Source: Candidatus Nanopusillus acidilobi (GTDB lineage: Archaea; Nanobdellota; Nanobdellia; Nanobdellales; Nanobdellaceae). From it: a DNA stretch of 32,000 nucleotides. Under the pieces are notes generated by a model. The model made no database searches, was not told the DNA's origin, and was given only the letters and a program-made list of their open reading frames with translations. The position numbers were made by a program, and so were the translations under genes. This document shows, piece after piece, positions 1-8,013 of the stretch (its first letter is position 1; each line of letters begins with the position of its first letter). The DNA lies in assembly GCA_001552015.1 (NCBI GenBank), contig CP010514.1:180001-212000 (forward strand), read 5' to 3'.

Positions 1-1094
1 AAAATACTCTCAATTTCTTCTTCTTTTTCTACTTTAACATTTATTGGATGTGTATAAATTGTCGAATCTTCAAATTTTGCTTCATATGTATCAACAGCAT
101 ACATATAATTTGATCCAATATTATTTTCATTTAATAATTCATCCATAGCTTTATATGCCATATATGTTGCAAAAGATTCATTTAACCAAAGATCATCCCA
201 CCATTTCATAGTAACCAAATTTCCAGACCATTGGTGCCATAATTCATGAGCTATAACTTCATATATTCTTAATTTCTGTCCATATGAATAATAATCCTCT
301 TTATATAATAGTGCAGATTCTCTAAATGTAATTGCACCCCAATTTTCCATTGCCCCAGCAGCAAAATCTGGTATGGCAATTAAATCCAATTTTTCTAATG
401 GATATTCTATTGAAGAATATTTTTCATAATATTCTAATACTTTTTTTGCCCAATCTAAAGCATTTTCTCCATCCTTAGCTTTACCAATATCAGTAACAAT
501 TCTTATTTTCTTATTTTCATATTTATCTTCTAGATAATCAAATTTTCCTATTCCCAAATATAATAAATATGTAGACATTGGTGGAGTTTTCTTAAATTTT
601 ACAATTTTATAATCTTCATTTGTTTCTTCATTTTCTATTTCTGTATTTGATATTACATCATAATCTTTATCTACCTTTACTTCTAATTCGAATTCTGCTT
701 TAAACTCTGGTTCATCAAAGCATGGGATAAAATATCTTGCATATGTAGGTTCAAATTGTGTAGTTAATATTATATTTTTTCCTTTACTTAAATAAAATCC
801 AATTAGATCATTTCTTATCTTTCCCTTAAATTTTATATATAATTTATTTTTTCCATAATATTTATTATATAGATTTATTTCAACTGTTTCATTGTCTATA
901 TTTCTAAAACTTACCTTTTTATTATCTAACTTTATTAATTCTATTTTTATGTCTTTTGAATGTAAATATATTTTATTTGTAGGTTTATTTATATCAATTT
1001 CTATATTTTCTTCTCCTCTATATTCTAAATTATTAATATCTACATCTAATTTTATATAATATTTGATTGGTTTTACATCCTTAGGCAATCTCAT
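1..1094 (-). CDS. M1-family zinc aminopeptidase (partial; C-terminus runs off the left edge)
   Basis: Reverse strand reads MRLPKDVKPIKYYIKLDVDINNLEYRGEENIEIDI..., then a GAMENWGAIT exopeptidase motif and HELWHQWSGNLVTMKWWDDLWLNESFATYMAYKA (HExxH-x18-E). It is not in the ORF track because it has no stop inside the window. Confidence 0.93.
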   Translation of the reverse strand, partial: MRLPKDVKPIKYYIKLDVDINNLEYRGEENIEIDINKPTNKIYLHSKDIKIELIKLDNKKVSFRNIDNETVEINLYNKYYGKNKLYIKFKGKIRNDLIGFYLSKGKNIILTTQFEPTYARYFIPCFDEPEFKAEFELEVKVDKDYDVISNTEIENEETNEDYKIVKFKKTPPMSTYLLYLGIGKFDYLEDKYENKKIRIVTDIGKAKDGENALDWAKKVLEYYEKYSSIEYPLEKLDLIAIPDFAAGAMENWGAITFRESALLYKEDYYSYGQKLRIYEVIAHELWHQWSGNLVTMKWWDDLWLNESFATYMAYKAMDELLNENNIGSNYMYAVDTYEAKFEDSTIYTHPINVKVEKEEEIESI

Positions 1095-1126
1095 TAATAT
1101 ATAAAATATTCCGATATATTTTTAAT

Positions 1127-1759
1127 ATGAATAAGGTTTACAAATTGCTGGGCTTTCCAATAACAATATGGTTAATAATTATACTCTTTATAGTATATAT
1201 TATAGAATTAATGTATCCATCAATATTAAATATAATTGCTTTTTATCCACATTATGCTATAAGATATCCATGGATGTTTATAACATCTATTTTTGGGGAT
1301 TATGATTTAACACAATTATTCTTTGATGGATTAGCACTGTTTTTTCTTGGTTTATTATTTGAATATTTATATGGAAGTAAAGATCTTTTAATATTATTTT
1401 TCTTATCCGGTATTATTGGAAATATATTCTTTTTATTTCAATATTATAATAACCCTCTAGTTAGTGGAATTGGATCTTCTGCTGCTATATCTGGTATATT
1501 GGGTGCATTGGGGATATTGAGACCAAAAGAGAAAGTAATAATATTTCCAATAATAATTCCAATCGATATGATATATGCTGCAATATTTTGGGCTATATTT
1601 AACTTAATTGGAATATTTTATCCCTTTGTACCTTTGGGATTTTCTGCACATCTGGGTGGTACATTATTTGGATTTTTATATGGATATATATTAAAAAAAT
1701 ATAAAGGAAAAACATCAATAGATAATATTTTTGATAATCAAGAAGAGATTTATTTATAA
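1127..1759 (+). CDS. Rhomboid-family intramembrane serine protease
   Basis: Multi-TM protein with GSSAAISGILGAL (GxSx Ser motif) and a C-terminal AHLGGTLFGFLYG His motif. Confidence 0.85.
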   Translation: MNKVYKLLGFPITIWLIIILFIVYIIELMYPSILNIIAFYPHYAIRYPWMFITSIFGDYDLTQLFFDGLALFFLGLLFEYLYGSKDLLILFFLSGIIGNIFFLFQYYNNPLVSGIGSSAAISGILGALGILRPKEKVIIFPIIIPIDMIYAAIFWAIFNLIGIFYPFVPLGFSAHLGGTLFGFLYGYILKKYKGKTSIDNIFDNQEEIYL

Positions 1760-1806
1760 TTTTTTGCTTAATAAAATTATATAAATTATAAAGTGTAATT
1801 ATTAAA

Positions 1807-2046
1807 ATGGAAGCAAAAGTCGAAAACACAAACGAAAAATTAATAAAGGAAATAAGAACAAAATTGGCTACATTATCTACAAATACACTTTTAAGATATT
1901 ATGAAGATATTAGATCAAAGATTATCCCTTCAAATTTGTCATATTATTCTCAATATTTATCATATGAAGAATTATTAGATAATGTTGAAAGGGAATTAAT
2001 ATTAAGAGGGGCTCTAAAAAGGATAAAAAAATTAGATATTAGATAA
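1807..2046 (+). CDS. Small hypothetical protein (79 aa)
   Basis: Compact ORF with an upstream TATA-like element (tataaattataaag); no recognised family. Confidence 0.55.
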   Translation: MEAKVENTNEKLIKEIRTKLATLSTNTLLRYYEDIRSKIIPSNLSYYSQYLSYEELLDNVERELILRGALKRIKKLDIR

Positions 2047-3465
2047 TTATACTTGATCTTGTATATATTTTTTGCCAGTTCTTTTAAATTCATTTGCTTT
2101 ATATATTTCTCTTCCAACATATATTGAATGATCATATGATGTAAAAAATGGTAGTCCCTTTAATCTATTATATATTTCATCAACGTTTTCAGATCCAAAT
2201 TTAAAATCTAAAATTGTATTATCATAACTTCTATGTTCTATAAATGTTTTATTATCTTCATTATATATTATAAAATTACCCTTTGGATCCGATACAAAAG
2301 ATCTTATTCTATATCCATATTTTTCTAATACTTTTTCCATATATTGAAAATCATGTTCATATACATGTGCAGATGATGAAATTGTTGTAACAATTCCCAA
2401 TTCATATCCTTTATTTGTTCTTTTATTTATTTCATTAACAATATATTCTCCAATTCTAATTAATGCATACATATTTAATGGCCATCCCCTAAACATATCA
2501 TTACTTCTTATATATTCTGTAAGGTTTAGATATTTTCCCTGAATAATCCCTTCTATAGATATAACACATGGTGGGTCATTTGAATATATATCTATATTTG
2601 GATTCCATGTAATCATAATTGCTCTTCTTGTTTCTGGATTTTTTGATAATTTATTTATTATATATAATAATTGATTTAAATTACTATAATTTAGAAATCT
2701 TTCTCCATATGTATAATCAACACCTTCAGGTTTTTTATTAATAAAATATCCACTTAAATGTTTTTCAAATTCTTCTAATTTAATAAATTCATCAAATTCT
2801 TTTTCTAATTCATATTTTCTTCCATATAATCCTAAACTAACAATTATATTCAATCTTTCTAATTGTTTTTCATTATATTCAGAATCTTTTAAAATTCCAA
2901 ACATTTTAATTTCTGTTAATAATCTTACCCATGCATTAAATAATGATTCTTCATATATAAATGCTGGAGGTAATGGAATTATATAATCATAATCAGTTTT
3001 TACATTTTCTTTTATTTCAATATCTATTTTTCTTCTAAATATATTATCTGGTTTATAATTAGTCTGAATTATTTCTTCTAATTTACTTATATTCTTATTC
3101 CAAAAATCTTTTCTCATATCTATTACACTCGTAGTATTTAAAATTTCTTTTATTTCATCATAATCTAAATTTATATTATATCTCTTTAGTGTTTCTTTAT
3201 CTTTATTATTAAATATATCTATAAAAGCCTGACCAGATTGTGTTAGATCCGGTCCATATAGAATTATTTTATTTATCTGTGGATTTTCTCCTAATGTTTG
3301 AATTAAATATTTTATTCCATTGATTGTATATAGTGTTCCAATTATATTTACCTTATTTTTAACATTTTCAGGTAATGAATTATATATAAAATCCTTTTTT
3401 GCCCACAATGTTGCTATAGAAATATTGCTTTTTGGATTTACAATTAAAATATCTTTTTCTAACAT
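2047..3465 (-). CDS. thyA: Thymidylate synthase (ThyA-type) with N-terminal MtrA-like/DUF4346-like domain
   Basis: ThyA signatures: ETRRAIMITWNPNIDIYSNDPPCV (Arg pair and catalytic Cys) and RSNDMFRGWPLNMYALIRIGEYI (dUMP-binding region). The N-terminal ~130 aa (GTLYTINGIKYLIQTLGENPQINKIILYGPDLTQSGQAFIDIF) resembles MtrA-like folds. Confidence 0.88.
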   Translation of the reverse strand: MLEKDILIVNPKSNISIATLWAKKDFIYNSLPENVKNKVNIIGTLYTINGIKYLIQTLGENPQINKIILYGPDLTQSGQAFIDIFNNKDKETLKRYNINLDYDEIKEILNTTSVIDMRKDFWNKNISKLEEIIQTNYKPDNIFRRKIDIEIKENVKTDYDYIIPLPPAFIYEESLFNAWVRLLTEIKMFGILKDSEYNEKQLERLNIIVSLGLYGRKYELEKEFDEFIKLEEFEKHLSGYFINKKPEGVDYTYGERFLNYSNLNQLLYIINKLSKNPETRRAIMITWNPNIDIYSNDPPCVISIEGIIQGKYLNLTEYIRSNDMFRGWPLNMYALIRIGEYIVNEINKRTNKGYELGIVTTISSSAHVYEHDFQYMEKVLEKYGYRIRSFVSDPKGNFIIYNEDNKTFIEHRSYDNTILDFKFGSENVDEIYNRLKGLPFFTSYDHSIYVGREIYKANEFKRTGKKYIQDQV

Positions 3466-3733
3466 ATAGATAATTTTTTATTTTTTCTTATAAATTTTCT
3501 TTTTTATCTATTATCCCCAAATATAATAAATTTTTTACATTCTTTTTGTTCATTTTATAACTTCTATATTGCAAATAGAATATAAATAATATTGAAATTA
3601 TTCAAATATAAATGGAAAGATCTCCAAATGTATACTTATTAAAAATGTAAAATATTATAGGAATCTATATATGTTAACTGTATTATTATAATATTCCGAA
3701 TAGGATTATGAATGTTGTTAGTATTATATACAT

Positions 3734-3760
3734 TTTTTCTACAAAAATTTTTCTACAAAA
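3734..3760. repeat. Two perfect 13-nt direct repeats (tttttctacaaaa), 14-nt period
   Basis: tttttctacaaaa at 3734-3746 and 3748-3760, upstream of the peroxiredoxin gene. Confidence 0.7.
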
Positions 3761-3814
3761 TGATAATTGATAAAATATTCTTGGAAAAATTTTTAGAATA
3801 AAAACCTTAAAAGA

Positions 3815-3823
3815 TTTTTAAAT
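3815..3823 (+). promoter_or_regulatory. Putative archaeal TATA-like element of the peroxiredoxin gene
   Basis: tttttaaat about 12-20 nt upstream of the ATG at 3835, inside the longest non-coding gap in the window. Confidence 0.35.
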
Positions 3824-3834
3824 AAATTATTTAG

Positions 3835-4473
3835 ATGGAAGACCATATAGATTTTGAAAAGCCCAAAATATTAGGGATTGGAGATAAAGTACCAGAATTG
3901 GTAATAAAAGTATACGATACGGTAGAAAAAAAGTTCAAAGAAATAAATATATATAAAGATATATTAAGTAAAGGAAAGTTCTTAGTATTATTCTATTATC
4001 CAGCAGATTTTACATTTGTATGTCCAACAGAATTAGAAGATCTAGCAGAAAAATATGATCAAATAAAGAAGGAAGGGGCAGAAGTTATAGCAATGTCAAC
4101 TGATACTGTATATACACACTTAGCATGGCATGCAACAGAAAAACTATTAGAAAATGTTAAATTTCCAATGGGTGAAGATCATACAGGAACAATAGCAAAG
4201 ATGTTCAATATATATGATTATAAATCTGGAGTAGCATACAGAGCATCAATAATAATTGATCCAGATGGAACTATTGTAGGAATAGAAGTAAATAATGCAG
4301 ATGTAGGAAGAGATTCTGATGAATTATTGAGAAAAATAAAAGCATTTAAATATGTAAGAGAGCATCCAGGTGAGGTATGTCCAGCAAAATGGGGCAAAGA
4401 TGTAAATATAACATTAAAACCAGGAGAAAGCTTAGTAGGAAAAGTATATGAATATTACAAAAAGGGCGAATAA
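3835..4473 (+). CDS. Peroxiredoxin (AhpC/TSA family, 2-Cys)
   Basis: FYYPADFTFVCPTELEDLAEKY peroxidatic Cys motif; C-terminal REHPGEVCPAKWGKD resolving-Cys motif. Confidence 0.96.
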   Translation: MEDHIDFEKPKILGIGDKVPELVIKVYDTVEKKFKEINIYKDILSKGKFLVLFYYPADFTFVCPTELEDLAEKYDQIKKEGAEVIAMSTDTVYTHLAWHATEKLLENVKFPMGEDHTGTIAKMFNIYDYKSGVAYRASIIIDPDGTIVGIEVNNADVGRDSDELLRKIKAFKYVREHPGEVCPAKWGKDVNITLKPGESLVGKVYEYYKKGE

Positions 4474-4474
4474 A

Positions 4475-5827
4475 TTATTTATTTTTTAATAGTTCTTCAA
4501 AGAATTTATCTCTAATTGGTTCATATACTCTTTTATAAAATTCTTGTTGATCTAAAAGAACTTCTTTTGGAAACTTCTTTATATATTCTATTGCAAATTT
4601 CCATGCAGTATTATAATCAACTATACTATTTATTTTATCAGTTATCTCTTTATCATAATCTTCTGGTGTTTGATCTTTATCTCCTATATGAAAATATCCT
4701 GTATTTTTATTATATGGTGCTTCTTCATTTCCAATGTTTATTAATTCTATTTTTTCACCTTCTTTTTCTTTAAAATATGGATGAAATATTTTTTCTTTAC
4801 CCCTTTTATATATTGGTCTATAATATTTTGCCCATGCATAGAATATTGCTCTATTTAAACCAAAGCTCTTTGCTTTATTTATATCATTATATAATAGATA
4901 ATATCTTGCTGCTTGTAATAATCCCATAACCTGGAATCTTCCAACATTTCCAAAATTTTCTCTTTTTATTGTTACTTTTTCTTGTCTTAATGTGCTCTTA
5001 TTTAAATAATTTACAATATAGCTTTTTGTTTCTTTTATAGCTATTTCTGCTAAATAATCTCCTTCTCCTGGTTCATATTCTCTCCATTTTTCACTATGTT
5101 TAAAATTCTTATAATTTGCCCATGATAGATCAAAATTTTGAATATCATTTGGTTTAAATACTACACATACATAATCTAAAAATCTATGAAATGATAAAGG
5201 TACTGTAAATACTCTTTGTATATCTATCTTATTTTCAACTTTGAATTCTCTTGATTTTCCCCTTGCTTTTAATATTTCTTTTTCTAAATCATCCTTTGCT
5301 TTCTTTAATATAAAATCTACAATTGCAAATGCAATATTTAATGGATGATATTTATTTAATATATTTTCTGAGAATGATTTTTCATTGATATGTACATGTA
5401 TTCCTCTTCCACTCCATTTTAAATATACAGATTTATATATTTTATATTTTTCTAAATATGAAACAATTATTTCTGCAACATTTTTTATTATATCAAAATC
5501 TTCTAATGTTCCATCAATATCAAAAATTGGTGTTACATATTTTATATTATTTATATCTTTTAATTTATCCTCAGAAATTTGATTATATAAATTTATTGTT
5601 GCATAAATTGTTCTAAATTTTAAATAAGAAAATTTTGTAAATAAGGATTTGTATTCATCCTCATTTTCAATTTTTAGTGGATTTTTATCTTTATCATATC
5701 TTATAAATACTCTTTGATCCAATCTATTTGTTTCTAAGGCAATCCATCTATTTTTTGAATAATCAATAATCTCTTTTATAACATATTCATTCATGTAATA
5801 ATTTTTTATTTCAGACCATTCTATCAT
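4475..5827 (-). CDS. Archaeo-eukaryotic primase (AEP) superfamily protein, divergent
   Basis: FDID (D103/D105), LKWSGRGIHVHI (H144/H146), and KIDIQRVFTVPLSFHRFLD (D202/H214) match the order of AEP catalytic motifs I-III. Confidence 0.8.
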   Translation of the reverse strand: MIEWSEIKNYYMNEYVIKEIIDYSKNRWIALETNRLDQRVFIRYDKDKNPLKIENEDEYKSLFTKFSYLKFRTIYATINLYNQISEDKLKDINNIKYVTPIFDIDGTLEDFDIIKNVAEIIVSYLEKYKIYKSVYLKWSGRGIHVHINEKSFSENILNKYHPLNIAFAIVDFILKKAKDDLEKEILKARGKSREFKVENKIDIQRVFTVPLSFHRFLDYVCVVFKPNDIQNFDLSWANYKNFKHSEKWREYEPGEGDYLAEIAIKETKSYIVNYLNKSTLRQEKVTIKRENFGNVGRFQVMGLLQAARYYLLYNDINKAKSFGLNRAIFYAWAKYYRPIYKRGKEKIFHPYFKEKEGEKIELINIGNEEAPYNKNTGYFHIGDKDQTPEDYDKEITDKINSIVDYNTAWKFAIEYIKKFPKEVLLDQQEFYKRVYEPIRDKFFEELLKNK

Positions 5828-5904
5828 AATAATCTATAAAATTTTTGTTAATATATATTTTAAGTAATCTTGTCTGAAGAATTTATTAAAAAATAATTAC
5901 TAAA

Positions 5905-7131
5905 TTAGATTATATTCATTGGGCTTTTTCCATTTATTGTTATAGAATCTTGTCCATTTATATTATTTGTTTGATTATTTCCTATAGAAATTTGCCAATT
6001 TATTGTATTATTCCAGCTCCAATTGTTCCATTCCCAATTTTCAATTTCTCTTTTAAAGTGTTCCATATGTTCTTTAATAAATTCTTCTTCATTATGTTCT
6101 CCTATATTTCTTATTACTTCCCAATTATAGTTTTCTAATAGATATTGAGTATCCAATAGTGCAGATATATTTCCATTCATAACTTCTTGCATTGTTAATG
6201 TTAATGTTTGATTTAATTGTGGTAATATATTACATATTGGTAATTGATTATTTGTATAATTACATAATACTTCAAACTTATCTAATAATAAAAGTTGGTG
6301 TTCTAGTAATCTATTAATGCGTTTTTCTACAATTTCAGTTAAATTTAATGTTTCATTTCTGAACATTTCATAATCATTTTCAATTTCCTGTTTTAATTCT
6401 TCTTCTTCTTGTGTTATATTTACATTATTATTTACTACCATTGGTACTATACAAACTCCATTAATTTCTCCAGTAAATATTTCTCTAATATCCTCCCAAG
6501 ATGTGTTTGATGTTATATTTACGTATAAATAATTTTGACAAGGTACTGGCTGTTGAGTATTACTATATATTTCATAAGATATATTTAATGAACTTAATTG
6601 ATCTGTTATATTTCCTAAGGAAGAGCTTGCTCCAGTAAATATAACTACATTGGTTGTATTTAATTTTTCTAATGCATATAATGTGCTCTCAGGTAATACG
6701 CCATTTGGTATAATTAATATTGGTTCATCATTGTCTTCAGCATATTGAACAGCCTCAGTAACTAATTGTAATTTATCAGGACTTATATGTTCATTAACTA
6801 AATCTCTTGTAATTAATACTGCACTACTAGAACTATTCCAGAAATATAATGCTACATATGCTGAGGTATCATATCTTGTTGTTCCCCATATCCATAAATA
6901 ACTAATATTTGACTGATTTAGATCTTGTAATAATAAATTTGATATTACTGCAGGTCCTCCTATTATTATTACATTTGTTACATTATCATTTATAAGCATT
7001 TGTACTGTATTATTTATATCTATTGGATTTTGATATACTATATATACTGGTAATTTGTATATATGTCCTACTACATTTGCTACCAAATAATCTGCATATG
7101 TTATATTTGTGACTAAAATTGCTGTAACCAT
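5905..7131 (-). CDS. Cell-wall-binding-repeat-2 (CWB2)-like surface protein with hydrophilic helical C-terminus
   Basis: ADYLVANVVGHIYKLPVYIVY...VTNVIIIGGPAVIS...IWGTTRYDTSAYVAL...NTTNVVIFTG resemble CWB2 motifs; rich in N-x-S/T sequons. Confidence 0.7.
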   Translation of the reverse strand: MVTAILVTNITYADYLVANVVGHIYKLPVYIVYQNPIDINNTVQMLINDNVTNVIIIGGPAVISNLLLQDLNQSNISYLWIWGTTRYDTSAYVALYFWNSSSSAVLITRDLVNEHISPDKLQLVTEAVQYAEDNDEPILIIPNGVLPESTLYALEKLNTTNVVIFTGASSSLGNITDQLSSLNISYEIYSNTQQPVPCQNYLYVNITSNTSWEDIREIFTGEINGVCIVPMVVNNNVNITQEEEELKQEIENDYEMFRNETLNLTEIVEKRINRLLEHQLLLLDKFEVLCNYTNNQLPICNILPQLNQTLTLTMQEVMNGNISALLDTQYLLENYNWEVIRNIGEHNEEEFIKEHMEHFKREIENWEWNNWSWNNTINWQISIGNNQTNNINGQDSITINGKSPMNII

Positions 7132-7155
7132 AAATATTAATTAATAATAAATAAT

Positions 7156-8013
7156 TTAAATATTATTTAATATTTTCTCATAAACTTCTTTCTCATTATT
7201 AAAAGTAAATCCTGCAGCGTATTTATGACCGCCGCCATTAAGTAATTTTGTTATTTCACTTACATCTTTATTATTTAATGTCCTTATTTCTCCTCTCTTG
7301 GATTTTTCATATAATGTTATTACAAAATCCGGATTATCTCTTATTTTTTCTTTTATATATTCTAAAATATAATTTGATGGTATATTTTTATCCAATTTTA
7401 TTATATAAATCTTATATTTTTTGTTTATTATTGTTATATTTTTATCCAAATTTTTGTATATTTCATTTAATTCTTTTCTAAATCTTTTTATAATATTATA
7501 ATCAATTATTTCTTTAATATCTTTGTTTAATAGATTTTTTGCCATTGATATAAAATATAAATCATATGATTTTGGATAAAAATATCTTATTGATACTATA
7601 TAATCTACAAAATCCTTTTCTATATCATCTTTTATTTCTCCAGAATCTATATCGTCAATAATATTTAAATATTTGAATTCTACATTTAAATATTCAGATA
7701 AAACCCTCGCAGCAGATTTATAATTTTTTATATAAACATTTACCCTAGATGTAATTTCATTAAAATTTTTTTCATGATGATCTATCCAATAAACTTTTTT
7801 AAAATATGAAGATAAATATATTGCTTCTTGATTTGTTGCAATATCTGTAATATATAATTCTTCTTCTTTATCATTATTTTCTATTACCTTTATTAATGTA
7901 TTATTTATTAATCTTGGGCTTGAAAAATAAACCTTAAATTTATCACCAAATTTTTTATATAATATTGACAAACAAGCTATTCCATCTATATCCCAATGAG
8001 TAATTGCAATCAC
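7156..8013 (-). CDS. DHH-family phosphoesterase (RecJ-like / nanoRNase-like), GTG start
   Basis: THWDIDG, YITDIA, WIDHHE and the DHHA1 motif GGGHKYAAGF. The start codon on the minus strand is GTG at 8013-8011. Confidence 0.9.
   Translation of the reverse strand: MIAITHWDIDGIACLSILYKKFGDKFKVYFSSPRLINNTLIKVIENNDKEEELYITDIATNQEAIYLSSYFKKVYWIDHHEKNFNEITSRVNVYIKNYKSAARVLSEYLNVEFKYLNIIDDIDSGEIKDDIEKDFVDYIVSIRYFYPKSYDLYFISMAKNLLNKDIKEIIDYNIIKRFRKELNEIYKNLDKNITIINKKYKIYIIKLDKNIPSNYILEYIKEKIRDNPDFVITLYEKSKRGEIRTLNNKDVSEITKLLNGGGHKYAAGFTFNNEKEVYEKILNNI

Noticed and set aside
1599-1829. 76-aa minus-strand ORF
   Set aside because: Overlaps the rhomboid gene and the promoter of the next gene; no coding-like features.
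3466-3834. Possible tRNA or C/D box sRNA in the gap
   Set aside because: I could not find a cloverleaf, a TTCNANNC T-loop, or a C box paired with a CTGA D box. Only weak AT-rich similarity was present; a tRNAscan/Infernal run would settle it.
5385-5582. 65-aa plus-strand ORF (and 4516..4773)
   Set aside because: Antisense to the AEP primase-like CDS; shadow frames.
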